In this document: positions 1 through 12,400 of the stretch, piece by piece
Position numbering within the stretch: position 1 is the stretch's first letter
Layout: each line of letters opens with the position of its first letter
Assembly: GCA_905178155.1 (NCBI GenBank)
Contig: CAJINV010000013.1
Span: forward strand, 1,264,392-1,328,391
Source of the DNA: Amoebophrya sp. A120
Lineage: Eukaryota; Protista; Dinoflagellata
Direction: 5' to 3'
Length of the DNA: 64,000 bases
Made by a program: the position numbers and the translations under genes
The notes under the pieces: generated by a model
The model's database searches: none
What the model was told of the DNA's origin: nothing
What the model saw: only the letters and a program-made list of their open reading frames with translations

Positions 1-2020
1 GATTTTTTCTGCTTTCGTCCGAAATTGTAGCACTTATTTGCTGCTGTTGTTGTACCTCGCCCCGCGACAGGAACGCACGACAGACGTGGAAAATCGTGGT
101 GGACTTTCCGGTTCCTGGCGGGCCCTGGATCAGGTGGAGTTTGGAGTGCTTTTCCTCGTGCAGCTTGTCCACCGCCCGCTTTTGCGCCGCATTGATCGGC
201 ACAAGGACTTCTGGGTAGTTCGGGTTCGCTGGGCTACTAGATGTAGTAGTGCTGGCAGTCGACGTAGTTCCGGCCACCGCGGACGAAACAGAAGTGGAAG
301 GAATTTTCAGACCACTAATACTTGGGTCAAAATTTTCATCTGCTGGTACTGCGACTGCCGCTTCTACACTCCCTTGCAGCTTCTGGTGCAGCATTCCAGG
401 GTTCAGGACGAAATCTTCCAGAGTTGGGGGTTTATCTTGTCCAGTCTCTTGTAGCGCAGCATGCGCTGCCGCTCCGCAAAGAACATTCGCCTTCTCCGCC
501 ATCGCGAGGCGCTTCATAATCGCAGTGTACTGCGACACCAGAGTACCCACGAACGCCACGACGTGAAAAACCGTGCCCACCCCGCCTTTCAGCCCGGTAA
601 GAAACACCGTGTCCGGGCGGGACGGGAACTTTATTCTTCCGTTCTTCCGTGGTCCTATCGTCTCCCGCACGGTCTGGATGTGGAAATACTTTTTTTTCCC
701 GACGGAGCCTTCCTTGTCCGGGCCCGAACTTTTGGTAAACACCACCCAGTCCCGCAGCCCCAGTAGCTGCAGCCGCCGTCGCTCGTTTTCTACTTCGTCT
801 CTGGTTGCGTTTTCCACCATTACATTCCGCGTGCGTCTCGCGATCTTAGCTGCTTCTTTCCGCTCCGCCTTCGACATACTATTCTGGGCTCCCGCGCCGG
901 GATCGTCTGCTTTCCCTTTCCCCTGCATCAACGCACTTCTGGGTGGAATTTGGGCGGTGGGTCGCTTGGACTGCAGCTCCTCCTTGTTCGCGGTGCTGTC
1001 GTCCTCTTCGTTTTTACCCTTACCACCACCGACGGAAGCACTCGCGTCCGCGCTGCTCGCGCTTGCGTTGGACCCCTTGAGCAGCTCGAACTCGTGGTAC
1101 CCCGTGGATTGGTCCGTGTATCAAAGTGAAAAAAGCCCCCACCCCATATCGGAAACGGAAGATGCGCGAATTTGTGATGCTGTATTTGAGTACACAAATC
1201 AACTTGTATTGCTAGAAGGCCAAGAGACGAAGCTGCGGCCTAAATTGCAGGTAATCTGTCATGCTGTTTCCCACTTCCAGTTGCCTTCTGTCATCCTGGA
1301 GCTGCAAGGCTTTCCCACGCTAGACAGCACTACAGTCCGCATCTTTTGCCTTCTAGCATCACAAAGCTGATTTGTGACCACGTATCTGCATCACAGATTT
1401 CCGTTTTGATATGGGGAGGGGGCATTTTTCATTGTAATACCGTGTGCGTCTTGACCACGCGGATCTGCAGCAGAAACTCCTCGAATATGGGAGTGTCAAG
1501 ATTGAAATCGTCAGAGTTGAAATGATTTGTCATGCATAAAATGCAATACAAAAAGTGACTCTATTGCAGAGGACGCACGGGAGGCAGATTATAGTCCTGG
1601 TAAGGGTCAAACGTTGGACTGCTGACTAGCATGACAGAAGGCAGCTCTTTTGCCCTAAACCGCATGACAGACTCGCTTCCAGGACCGGGGAAATTTGTCA
1701 TGCACCGACTACAAACTGTAGGTCTAACTGGTATCCGTTTTATGCATGACAAACTATTTCAACTTTGACGATTTCAAACCTGACACATCCATATCGAACG
1801 CCGGGTGCGTAGTGGTCACGGCGGTCAGATACTGCTGCTTCACGTTGTGTCGCAGGGTGCTGTAGTAGTCCTTTTTGGAACTGTAATTGGTCTCCATCGG
1901 CTGAAACACGATATCCGTCTGCGGATTTACCAGCGCGTTCGCCTCCGCGAGCAGCTCCTCGTGCGGCTGCGTCCGAGCAGCGCGAAGGTTCTGCTTCCGG
2001 GTTTTCACCGTAGATGTCAT
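1..2020 (-). CDS. Upf1/SETX/IGHMBP2-like SF1 helicase, N-terminal part; runs off the window start; two introner-type introns
   Basis: Removing 1486-1793(+5) and 1119-1439(+5) joins MTSTVKTRKQ... to an open frame containing INAAQKRAV (Q motif) and LIQGPPGTGKSTT (Walker A typical of Upf1-like helicases) near 95-195. No stop before position 1. Confidence 0.85.
1119..1439. mobile_element. Introner/MITE family C (divergent copy), 321 bp, DR CCGTG
   Basis: TIR TATCAAAGTGAAAAAAGCCCCCACCCC / GGGGAGGGGGCATTTTTCATTGTAATA; DR at 1114-1118 and 1440-1444; removing 326 nt restores the helicase frame. Confidence 0.92.
1486..1793. mobile_element. Introner/MITE, unique family, 308 bp, DR TCGAA
   Basis: About 55-bp imperfect TIR (TATGGGAGTGTCAAGATTGAAATCGTC... 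/ ...GACGATTTCAAACCTGACACATCCATA); DR at 1481-1485 and 1794-1798; removing 313 nt restores the frame. Confidence 0.92.
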
Positions 2021-2823
2021 CTTTGGAGGAAATCGATGATCATAAAAACGAACGAAAAGAAGGAAAAACCTTGCTCAAAATTCCACTTCTTCATCCAATT
2101 TCAACATTGAACGAGAACGGGATGGAAGAAGGAAAGATAATGATAAAAGTCGTAAAAGTAGCGACGGCAGTACACTGTGTACTGCTAACTCTGCGTCAGG
2201 AACAGTACAAAGTTGCTAGTGTGTGTGAGGTATCAAGATCATATCGACGAAACGCGCTGTGCCAAAAATTCCACCGTTCTTCTTCATCTTCTTGCCATTG
2301 CTATAGCTTTGCCCTTTGCCGAAAATAAATGTTCCCACTGCCACTTTCCGTCCGGGAAAAGGCAGCGCTCTCGTATCACTCAGGCACTCGTTAAAAATCG
2401 TGAAGATGATCCTTAAATGAACCACTTCGTGTGTCAACGGTTTTCAGTGATTCCGATCGTGTAGGTTGGAAAGCCGGTTCTTTCTGAGGCGAGGTCTGCA
2501 CGGCCTGCACGTTTCTGAAAACTTCACCCCCTACCTCGAAACTCTTTCTTTTTACCAAATTTGTAAGCGCTCTTTGTACGACGGCGATCATCAACATCCG
2601 GCTGTAGAAGAACATGTTCCTTCGCGCGATCCACCTTTGGCGGCATCCTACAGCTTTGCGTAGAAGCATGATATTGCTGGGCAGCGTGCAATGATCGCTG
2701 TTCTTTCCCCCACGAAGTTTTGCAATGTAGTAGAGCCGCGCACGACGAAATTTGCACATAGAAGAAATCTTCCCACGTTAAAAACATCCAATCGCGTCGT
2801 CAATGTCGACACCAACCAAGTCT

Positions 2824-5609
2824 TCACTTCTTCACAAATTTTTCCAATCCTTTCCGCACTTCGTCGTTGGCCACTTTCCCCGGAAAAAACATGGGCGCTT
2901 CCTCGACCAGCCACTGGGGTCGCAGTGCCGTGCAGTTGCGCAGGTAGTTCTTGTCCGTCAGTACCAGTTCGTGGTACAGAATCCATTCCGGCTTGTGCTC
3001 GAGCTGCGACCCTGGGTGGATTTCCACGATCTGCTTGTCCTTTACGGTGACGTAGTGCTTCCCGCTGATATGTGCCGTCTGCAGGAAAAAGCCGGCGATC
3101 AGCGCCCGACGGAGGGCGATTTTTACGTTCCCTTCCGTGATTTCTTGGCTGTTCGAAACTTGCATTTTTTCGCAAAGCCGGAGCAGCTGTCGCTGCACGG
3201 ACTGGGCCGAAATCAGGGACCGGTCCTTCAGGTAGTTGTCATAGCACCAGTTTTTGTCCGTCTTCTGGTTTGCCTCGAACCTGCGTTTTTGTTGGGTTTG
3301 GATTTTGGAAAAATTTTCAATACGGTAAACAGCAGAGCAGAACAACTAAGTAAATCAGCGGCGGTGGGCGATAATTGTCTGATATGTATTGGATGTCTAT
3401 GTACTCACTCCCTAAACAGTTCTTGCTTTCGTCGCAAAAAGTAGAAAGTAGAGTTCCAGCCGACATTATCAAAAAAACCTAATCTGTACTCTTCGAATAT
3501 TTTCAGCAAGGTTCCGTGGTCGCCGCAAGTGCTCTGGAACGCCTTGTGTGCCCGGTCCGCCTGTTTTGCGTACATCCGCGGGCGCAGATGGCAGGGTGCG
3601 CCGGACAGCAGTGCGATCACCGCGGACATTTGCTTCAGCACGCCGTGCTTCGCGCTCGCGATCAGACACTTTCCCAACTGCGGGTCCAGCGGAAACTCGG
3701 CCAGAATCTTCCCCGTCGCGGTGAGTTCGCACTCGTCGTTGACCGCGTTTAGTTGCAGTAAAAGGTCCAGCGCCCGCATCATACACTCCGGGGACGGCGG
3801 GTCCATCCAGTCGAAGTGCACCACGTCCTCCACCCCGAGGTTCAACAGCGTCAGCAGCGCCGAGCTCAGATTCGTCCGCAAAATTTCCGGCACGGAAGAT
3901 TCCTCCAATGACTCCTTGAACGCGGTCTCCGTGTACAGGCGATAGCACTTCCCGGGCCGGGTCCGTCCCGCGCGCCCGGCGCGCTGCTTCGCCGCGGCCT
4001 GCGAGATGGGTTGCACCAGTAAGGACTCCACGTGGGTGCGGGGATTGTACACCTTCATCTTGACCAGTCCGCAGTCCACGACATAAACGACGCCGTCAAT
4101 GGTGATCGAGGTCTCGGCAACGTTGGTCGCCACCACGATCTTCCGCAGGCCCTGCTTCGCGAAATCCTGGAAAACTTTTCGCTGCTGGTTCGGGGGCAGG
4201 GAACTGTAGAGCGGTAAGACGACCACCTCGTCCTCCGGCAGCTGCTCCTCCAGCATCCTGCAACAGTTCTCAATTTCGTCCTCCCCGGTGAGGAAAACCA
4301 GCACGTCGCCCAAAGGTTCGTCTGTTCTTTCTCCACCGTTTTCTAGACTTTCCTTCCCCCGCTCGGCCTTCTCCTCCTCGATGCACTTGACCACCTTGTC
4401 CACGGACGCTTCCACGTAGTTCCGCGTGAAGCCCTGCGTGTAGTGGAGCTCCACCGGAAACATGCGCCCCGACACGGTCAGGAGCGGGACGTGGGGGGTG
4501 TTTTCGTCGGAAGCGGATTTATTTTCCGATGGTGCCTGATTTTCCTCTTCATCTGCCATGTTCGCCGAAAAGTACTTCTGAAACTTTTCCGCCTCCAACG
4601 TCGCGGACATTACCACCACCTTCAGGTCCCTCCGTTCCCGCAAGACCCGCTTCAGGAGCCCGAACAGAATGTCCGTGGACAGCGTGCGCTCGTGCGCCTC
4701 GTCGAGGCAGATCACCGAGTAGTTCGACAGCAGCGGGTCCGTCATGCATTCGCGCAGCAGCATCCCGTCCGTCATGTATTTCACGACGGTTTTGTCGCTG
4801 GTCTTGTCCTCGAACCGGATCAGGTAACCGCATTCCTCCCCCAGTTCCACGTCCATCTCCTCCGCCACCCGGGTCGCCACGGACATAGCCGCGACGCGAC
4901 GGGGTTGTGTCACCGCAATTTTTTTCGCACTGCTGCCGTAGACTTCCGCGAGGAACTGGGGCATTTGCGTGGTCTTCCCAGACCCGGTCTCGCCGACCAA
5001 GACGGTCACCTGGTTGTTCGCGACCAAGTCCAAAAAGTGGTCCTTCATGGGCCAGCAGGGAAGCTTCTTCCTCTTCGCCAGAATCTTCAGTGCGTTTTTC
5101 GAGAGGGGACGGTTTGTGATCGGGGAGATAGTGTCGTCGGAGGCCGCAGGTCCCGCGCTTATTTTGTTCGCGGATTTCTTACTTTTTGCTGGTTTTATTG
5201 ATGGAAGAACATCGTCCTCGGCCGCAACCGTACTCGCCGACGCCGCGGGAGAGGAGGATTGTGGCTGGGAAGATGTAGTTGCAGTTGCGTCTGCACCATC
5301 GGCTTTGTTTTTCTTCTTCTTTTTCTTCTTTTCTGTCTCTGCGTGTGGTTGTGCATCTGCGACTGAGGTGGTGATCGCATCTGCGACAGCAGCAGCGGTA
5401 CTATTCTCCGGCGCTGGTACATCTCTATCTTTTTTTCGCTTCTTCTCCTTCTTACTGACTACCCCCTCCTCCTTCGTAGTCACAGCGCAGCTTTCCTCAA
5501 CGGCAGGAGCAGCTTCCTCTTCCTGCTTTCGCTTCTTTTTCTTCTTTTCCTTGACGGCCTCGGTGGCGGCCGCCACGAGCGGTGGCGCTGAGGACTCCTG
5601 TTGTGCCAT
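2824..5609 (-). CDS. DHX15: DEAH-box RNA helicase DHX15/Prp43 with Lys-rich N-terminal extension; one GT-AG intron at ~3281-3489
   Basis: GETGSGKT, DEAHERT, MSAT and QRAGRAGR motifs. C-terminal exon WCYDNY..RSL, YVTVKDKQIVEIHP, HKPEWILYHELVLT is characteristic of Prp43/DHX15. Confidence 0.9.
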
Positions 5610-6487
5610 TTTGCTCGCACCAGGAAAAAAGGCAATACAGGGCGGCACGTGATTTATTTTTCAGTGTGTTTAAAACACCGATGTCACGTCCACCGTAACT
5701 AGTTGCGCAGATGAAAAAATCGTAGTGCACTAATTGCGACTTGGCAGTAATCTTATTAAAATTCTTATCGTCACGAGCCTGTGATAAAGGGACCACAAGA
5801 TGATCTTTCAGCAGATCTAAAATCGCGTGTATGAAGCCGCCGGTGCTAAGCTGAAGGCATTTCAATGATCTTGCGCCTCTACCTGATCACTTTTCTGAAC
5901 GTAAAACTTTCGGCAGATCCAGATTTTCTCCAAAAAGTAGAAGAATCTCAGCCAGATCTGGAGTTTTTAACGAATTGTATTTGGATCTTATATCCCTCAA
6001 CATCTTGGTCTTTGTGGTCAAAGAAAGCATCAAGTAATTTGTCGACCACTTCTCGTCAGTAAGATCAGGGTCGAGGATCACATGGAATTCAATATACACT
6101 TTTGACTCCTGCGAGTTGCAAATTCATAGATGTTGAAGAAACAAATTTGATCCTTGGAGGCAAAAGCGACTACAGGCAGTTATGCGTCGCTACTTAGCAA
6201 CTCGCAGAATGATGCGTCGCGATCTGCAATCGAACCTCGCCAATTTTTGACGGCGCAGCCTCTCATGATCTTTCTCTTCCGGGCAGCAATGTGCGTTTCC
6301 ATCGAAGTAGGTGGACAGAAATCCATGCATCAAGAAGTGCAGGGAGGTCAACACGACCTGCAGATGTTTCAATTTGCTCTTCTTGTGCTTAGTTGTAGTG
6401 CATATGTGGGAACAACCAGGATAAAAATTCCTCGATTGGTTTCAGCAAAAAGAATAGCCTAAAAATCTCGGACGAGTTCTGGTTCAG

Positions 6488-9400
6488 CTAATCACCCAGC
6501 TCATCCTCGTCCTCTACGTCTTTCTTCTTCGAAGGTTTTCCCTCTTTGTTTCCCTGCTCGGACGACACCTGGTCGGAGAGCATGGACGCTAATTGCTCCT
6601 GCATCATGCGCATCATCTTCGCTTCCTCTTCGTTGCCGCCCTGGTTTGCACCTGGGTTTATTTTTTTTTCCGCAATTTTAGTTTTTGTTTTTCATTCACG
6701 ACAAGGAAAGGCAAAAATGATTCTCAGACTAGGCACCAGTACTAAAACCAGGGATTCATTTTCATTGGGCAAGATATGAAAATTACAGCCGCTACGACTT
6801 CCACCAGGTGCGGAGCCAAATGAGGCGAAAAGAACACAGAAGCAGAGCAACCAACGAATTATCTATCAAGCCCTACACTCTTGTACCTGCGTTGTTGTTT
6901 CCCATTTCCAAGATGTCGATTCCCCCGTTTTGGTCGAATTTTACCGTGAACCGCTGCACTTCGACGGTCTTCTTCTTCCCACTGGCGCCTTCTGTTGAGT
7001 CGGTTTTTCCCGAAGTAGTAGAACCGTGTGCTGTCTCATGATCTTCGGATGCTGAAGTTTGTTCCGTCGCACCACTCCCTGATGCTTTCTTTTTCTTTTC
7101 CGGCTTGAGCTTGTGCAATGTGATTTCATTGTCCGCGTTGTCCTCCTCCTCCTCCTCGGTCGAGGAGGCGCGTCGGGACGCGGCCGAATCTTTGCCGGCA
7201 CCCCCGCTTAGCTGATCACTCCCCCCGCCGAACAACTTCGACAATTGCTCCGCCAATTGATTCGCAAAATCGTCATTCAAAACGTCACCGCCGCCGCCAG
7301 TGTGCAATTTGAACTGGACCGTAGGAGGGGATGAAGTCTTTCCTTTTGTCTTGGTGTTCGAGTTCGCCCCCGATCCGCCGGTAAAAAAAGTGTCGCCGTC
7401 CACGTTCACAGCCCCGAACACCAAACGCGGCTGCTCTGCTCCGCCAGAAGTTGCACTGTCCTTTTTCATCTTGTTCTCTGAAGTTGTCGTGCCGCTGTGT
7501 TCACTTGAGGCACCTTGGTTTGCTTTCGACGTTGCCTTGTTGTTTTCGATGTCACCTAGCGGAACCTCCGCTAGCTGCTCGAAAAGAGACTTCGGCGAAA
7601 GGATTTCAGCCTCCAGTCGGCGCAGTTCGCGTTCGAGTTCGATTCTGGTGTGAACAGGCACGACCTCCGCGGGCGTTGCGGTGGGGGGTTGTTCGGTTTC
7701 GGTCTCTAAAGCGACGGTGCTGCCGGCTTCGTCTTCGGACTGCAGTGAAACTGTTTCACCAGCAGCGCTGCCTGGGGGTGACGCTGTTTGCGGTGTCGGC
7801 TCGTCGTGGACGCCATGCTCATCACTTCTTCCCGACGATATCTCCACTTCGGTTGTTGCGGTTTCAGTCTGGTCTGGTGTTGTCCTTTCGTCTTCCTCAG
7901 CAGCCGCGACTTCAACAGTGCTGCCCGTGTCTGTGGTCGTGGTTTCCGCGTCCGAATCTAAACTTTTGCCAACATATCAAATGTAAAGTGTCTGGGTCTG
8001 GAAGATTCATGCTGTTTTTGCATGACGCAGAAGGTGTGGCATGGAAGCTCTAGCATCACAGGTTTCGAGAAGCTTCCGCAATGCCGAACCCGCATGAGAA
8101 ATCCCCCATTTTGGTGACAGAAAGGGGGTAGCTTTTGCTACCTATGCATGAGAGATTTTTCTGTGTTCGAAAATGCGCATCACAAGTTCGGATCCTTCCA
8201 GACCCAGACATTTTTGCATTTGATACAACATCTTCGCCGCTAATTCCTTCCACCAGCTTGGCCCACGCGCTTTCCATCTCTGCTTTCGACTTCTCCTCTG
8301 CGGCTTTGCGCTCCTGCTCTTCTGCTTCTAAACTTGCCTGCCACAGCCGCAGCCTCTCCGCCGCCAAGCGTCTGTCCTCTTCCAGCCTCTTTTGCTCCTC
8401 CGCAGCGCCCACGATCAGGTCTTCGCGCTCCTGCCAAAAATCGTTAATTCTCAACCACTTGTCGAGCAGCTCGCTCGTCGACTTTTCTTTCGCACCACCC
8501 TCGTTGGTTTCTGCGGCACTGGCTGGCGCTGCCCTATCATCGTTCTTGTCGGCCGACAGCAATAGGTCGGCAAATCTGTTCGGGGTCGTCAAAATGGAGG
8601 GGTGCCGTGTATAGTCCAGCTCAGGGTCGACTGGCGGAATCGTAGTTGTTGATACAACTGGAGCAGCAGCTATTTCATCTTCAGCATCCGCTGCTGTTTG
8701 AGGAGGTACGGACGCATTTGCTATTTCTACATCTCCGCTTGTTCCTGCAGGTCGTCCACCAGGACCGGTATCTTGTCCCGCCCTCTCGTCCTGTCTACGT
8801 CCCTCTCCTGCGGCCGCATCAGGCTGGTCTGGCTGCGGGGTTCTACTGTGGTCCCCTCCAAACAAATCCGGGAGCTGCTGCTCCTGTGCAGTGGGATCAT
8901 CGGCTCTTCCTTCAGCCCCCGTTGTTTGTGGTGGTCTACTCGCTTGTCCTGCTGGTGGCGCACCACCTCTATCCTCTTCTGCAGCTGTCCGCGTGGTCGT
9001 GGTTTCGTCGTGTTCAGCCAAGGCGGCCAGGGCGGCGCGCAGCTGTATCCTGAGTAAAAACGTACCCACACCAGAGTTGTAATGCAGATTTGCAAAGACA
9101 GGAAGACTCGTAATGCGCATCCCCATGAGAGCCATTTCCAATTGTGTTTTGGAATTTGTGATGCTGTGAACAGGATGAGCAGATGAGTCTGTGATGCTGC
9201 TGCACTTGCTAACCTGCACTACACTGCAGAGCGCAACTTGTCATGCATGACTCACGAAACTCCTAGGTTTGTGTTGCAAAATCCCCATCCTGACTCTGGT
9301 GTGGGTACGTTTTTACTCAGGATAAACTGCTCTGTGTCCTCCTCATCTTCGCGAGATGTGGGAGGAGAGGGTGTAGTGGCTGTACTTTCTTGCTGCTCGC

Positions 9401-12400
9401 TGTTGTTCGGGGTGCTATTTGCTGGGAGTTCTTCCGTTCTCGCTAGGTTCACGACCTCTGCAGATGTTTCTGTGCTCCCGGCATCTTGTTGAGCGGCTTC
9501 GGGTGTTGACATGTTACCCGTGTTGGGGTCTGGTGCGCCTGATGGACCCATCTGCGGCTGTTCTTGAGCATTCTGAGCATTTTCCGTTCCAACTGGAAGA
9601 TGAGCTTCCGGTGGTTCTTGGGGAGGCGATGAAGGTACATCAGCATTCGCCTCGCCCCCGACCTGAGGTGTTGGAAGATTTGGGGCAGAGGATTGCTCCT
9701 CTGGTGGCGCAACAGGAGGGAGCGATGTACTGTCTGGATCAGCAGAGCCTCTTGCTTCTGCGCCGTTCTGCGGTGCCTCGCCAAAGGTTTCACGACCAAG
9801 GGGAGCATCCGGATTACTATTTTCATCTCTTGGAAGTGCAGTTTGATCCGCGGCGCCGGCGCTCGTGTTCATGTCTGCTCCGTTACTTTCATCCGCTGTT
9901 CTACTTCCAGGCAGATCCTCTCCGGCACTACCTACGGTTGGTGCAGTTTCCCCCGAAGACCGATCTTCCTGTCGCTCCTGCGCTTGCGTCACAGGACTCT
10001 CATCTGCTCCTCCCGCTTCTCCTTTCCCAGCGACTCCCCTCGCACTACTCCCCTCGCTTGCCGTCGTTGCAGCTTCTCTGGCGGTCGCAACCAGGTCTTG
10101 GATGAAGTCGCGAAGCTTCACGTTGCCAGTGCTTCCGCTCGCCTGGTGGCCCACAGGACCGCGGTTGTCCGCTGCATCTCCGGTGCCAGTTTCGGGCAGG
10201 TCCTTGAAATCCGACGCAGTTGTTGAGCTTCCATGCTGCTTGAAAAATTCCTCGTCCTGTCTTCGCAATTCCTCTGCAGTCAGGTGCTGTTCTTGTTCCG
10301 CAGACCGATTTCTTTCCGGTATTGATGTTGCGTCGGGGTCCTCGCTCACCGCGTCGGAATTCGTAGACTGCTCCTGGTTGGCGGTGCCGGACGCGGTGAC
10401 AGGTGGTCTTTCTTGCCGCTTTTGAAGCACATCAGTCGCCTGATCATCCTCGGGTGCAGGCACAGTACCTGTTCGGCTGGCTTCTGCTGTCCCCTCTTGC
10501 GGGAGAGGAACCGACGGTGCGTTTCCGTTCTTTTCTGCGGAATTTCTAAGATCTACTTCGTCAACTTCATCTTCCAACAACCTTACCTCCTCTTCCATGA
10601 GCTTCTCCATGAGCGAAAAAACCTCCGGCACCGAAGCGGTGGGCTGCGACATTGCCGCAGTCGTGTTGTTTGTTAAAGCAGCATCTCCTCCGGCCGCGGA
10701 GGTCTCTGCATCTACTGCTTGTTCCTCGCGGGAGGTGGAAAACACATGATCCTTTTTCTTCGTTTGCCTATCCTCGCCCTCCTCCAGCAGCAAATATTTG
10801 TCTAGCACCTCTTCCAGCAGTTTGCGCTTTTCCGGCTGCTGATACAGCTTCTTGTTTGCGAGGAGCTTTTCCATCAGGTAAAAGTACTGCTGCGTGGAAA
10901 AGAGCTCGTACAGCTGCGGGCTCTGGCCGGTGTTGTCGCTGTAGCTACCCGCCGATGTTGTTCCATCCCCGCTGTTGGACGACAGAACCTGCATGGGAAC
11001 CTCTGAAAAAAATTTTACCCGTCCCCTTATCTTCGACGAAGCAGAGTTCTGTTTTTGCTCCGGATTTTTATCCCGGCGCCCGAGCTCGTCGAACTGGGCC
11101 TGCATCTTGTCGTGCAACTTGTTCTGTAACTTCTGCCACGCCTTGCTGTGCTCGAAGTAGTCGATATCCAAGAGAAAAAGATTGTAGGTGTAACTTTCAT
11201 TTTTTTGGAGGAACAGCATTACAAATCTGTCTGGCATGAGAGCAGAAACCTGTCACGCGCAGATAGCATGTCAAAACCCGCATGAATGGACCCTGCAATG
11301 CATGTCCAGCATGACAGACGCAATCATCTTTGTGTTGCGCATCACAAACTTACACTAACAATGTTTTTTTCCTGCATAGTCGATACTGGCCTCCTCGTTG
11401 AAAAACTGGTCCATGTGGAACGGCTTTCGCCGCCTCCTTATCAACCGCAAATATGTCTGGGTCTGGAAGATAGGAATATTTGTCATGCACGCCTGACATG
11501 ACCCATGACGGCTGTGATGTATGCCCTAGCATCACAGATTTTCTGAGTGCTTCTTCAAGCCTATCCTGAATGAGAAATGCCCTCACCACGTGGCAAAAAC
11601 TGGACTCCTATTGCTTGCCATGCAACACAGATTTTTTCAGAGTCCAAAAGGAGCGTCACAAGTTGCATCCTTCCAGACCCAGACACATTTGCAATGCATA
11701 CTCCTCTTCCGGTTCCTCGAAGACGCTGTACTGCTCCTACCTTTTGCTGCCCTTTCTCCCACTTGTTGCCCATCAGGACGAACTTGGAATTGACCACTCG
11801 TCGCAGAAATTCCTACCTCGCCCTGCGCGAACCGCAGCGCGCGCCTCCGAACCATGAGCTGGATCAGAATCTGGTCGTACTGCGGGTTTCCGACCACCTC
11901 CTTACGTACGTACTCCCGCAGGTTCAGGAAGCTGATGCCCTGCAGCAGCACGGTGCGCAGGTTGGGAATGCGGTCCAGCTCCTCGATCAGGAACTCGTAC
12001 ATGTCGAAAAAGGAATCTTGCTGCACGGCACCGTTGACTTTTTGCCCAGTAGAACTGCTTTTTGAATTACCTGCGCCGGCGGCCTCGTCTACGTAGTCAA
12101 CAACATTTGATGTTGTTGCACTACTGGTCGTACCTGCTCCGCGGCTTTGTTTATTCCTCTTACTCCTCTTGCTCCCTCTCCCTCTATTTTTTCCGCCGTC
12201 TCTAGCCGCGTCTGCCTGGCCCGCTCTGGTCGTGCTGCCGTGCTTCAGCCGCATGCCCTTAGTGTAGGCCTCTTTCAAAGAGATCACGTCGCTTTCCGGG
12301 TACACTTCCCGGAGGGCGAGGGACAAGCCGTTACTCAGTCCGTGTTCGGTAGCAGTCGTGCTGGCACTACCGTAAAAGCCATTCGAAGTGGCGATCAGCT

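Noticed and set aside
4443-5652. Long antisense ORFs over genes (also 18217-19368, 20968-21909, 37843-38703)
   Set aside because: These are shadows of GC3-rich coding sequence on the opposite strand.
6488-6510. ER-retention signal in the large protein
   Set aside because: DEL is followed by GD before the stop, so it is not terminal.
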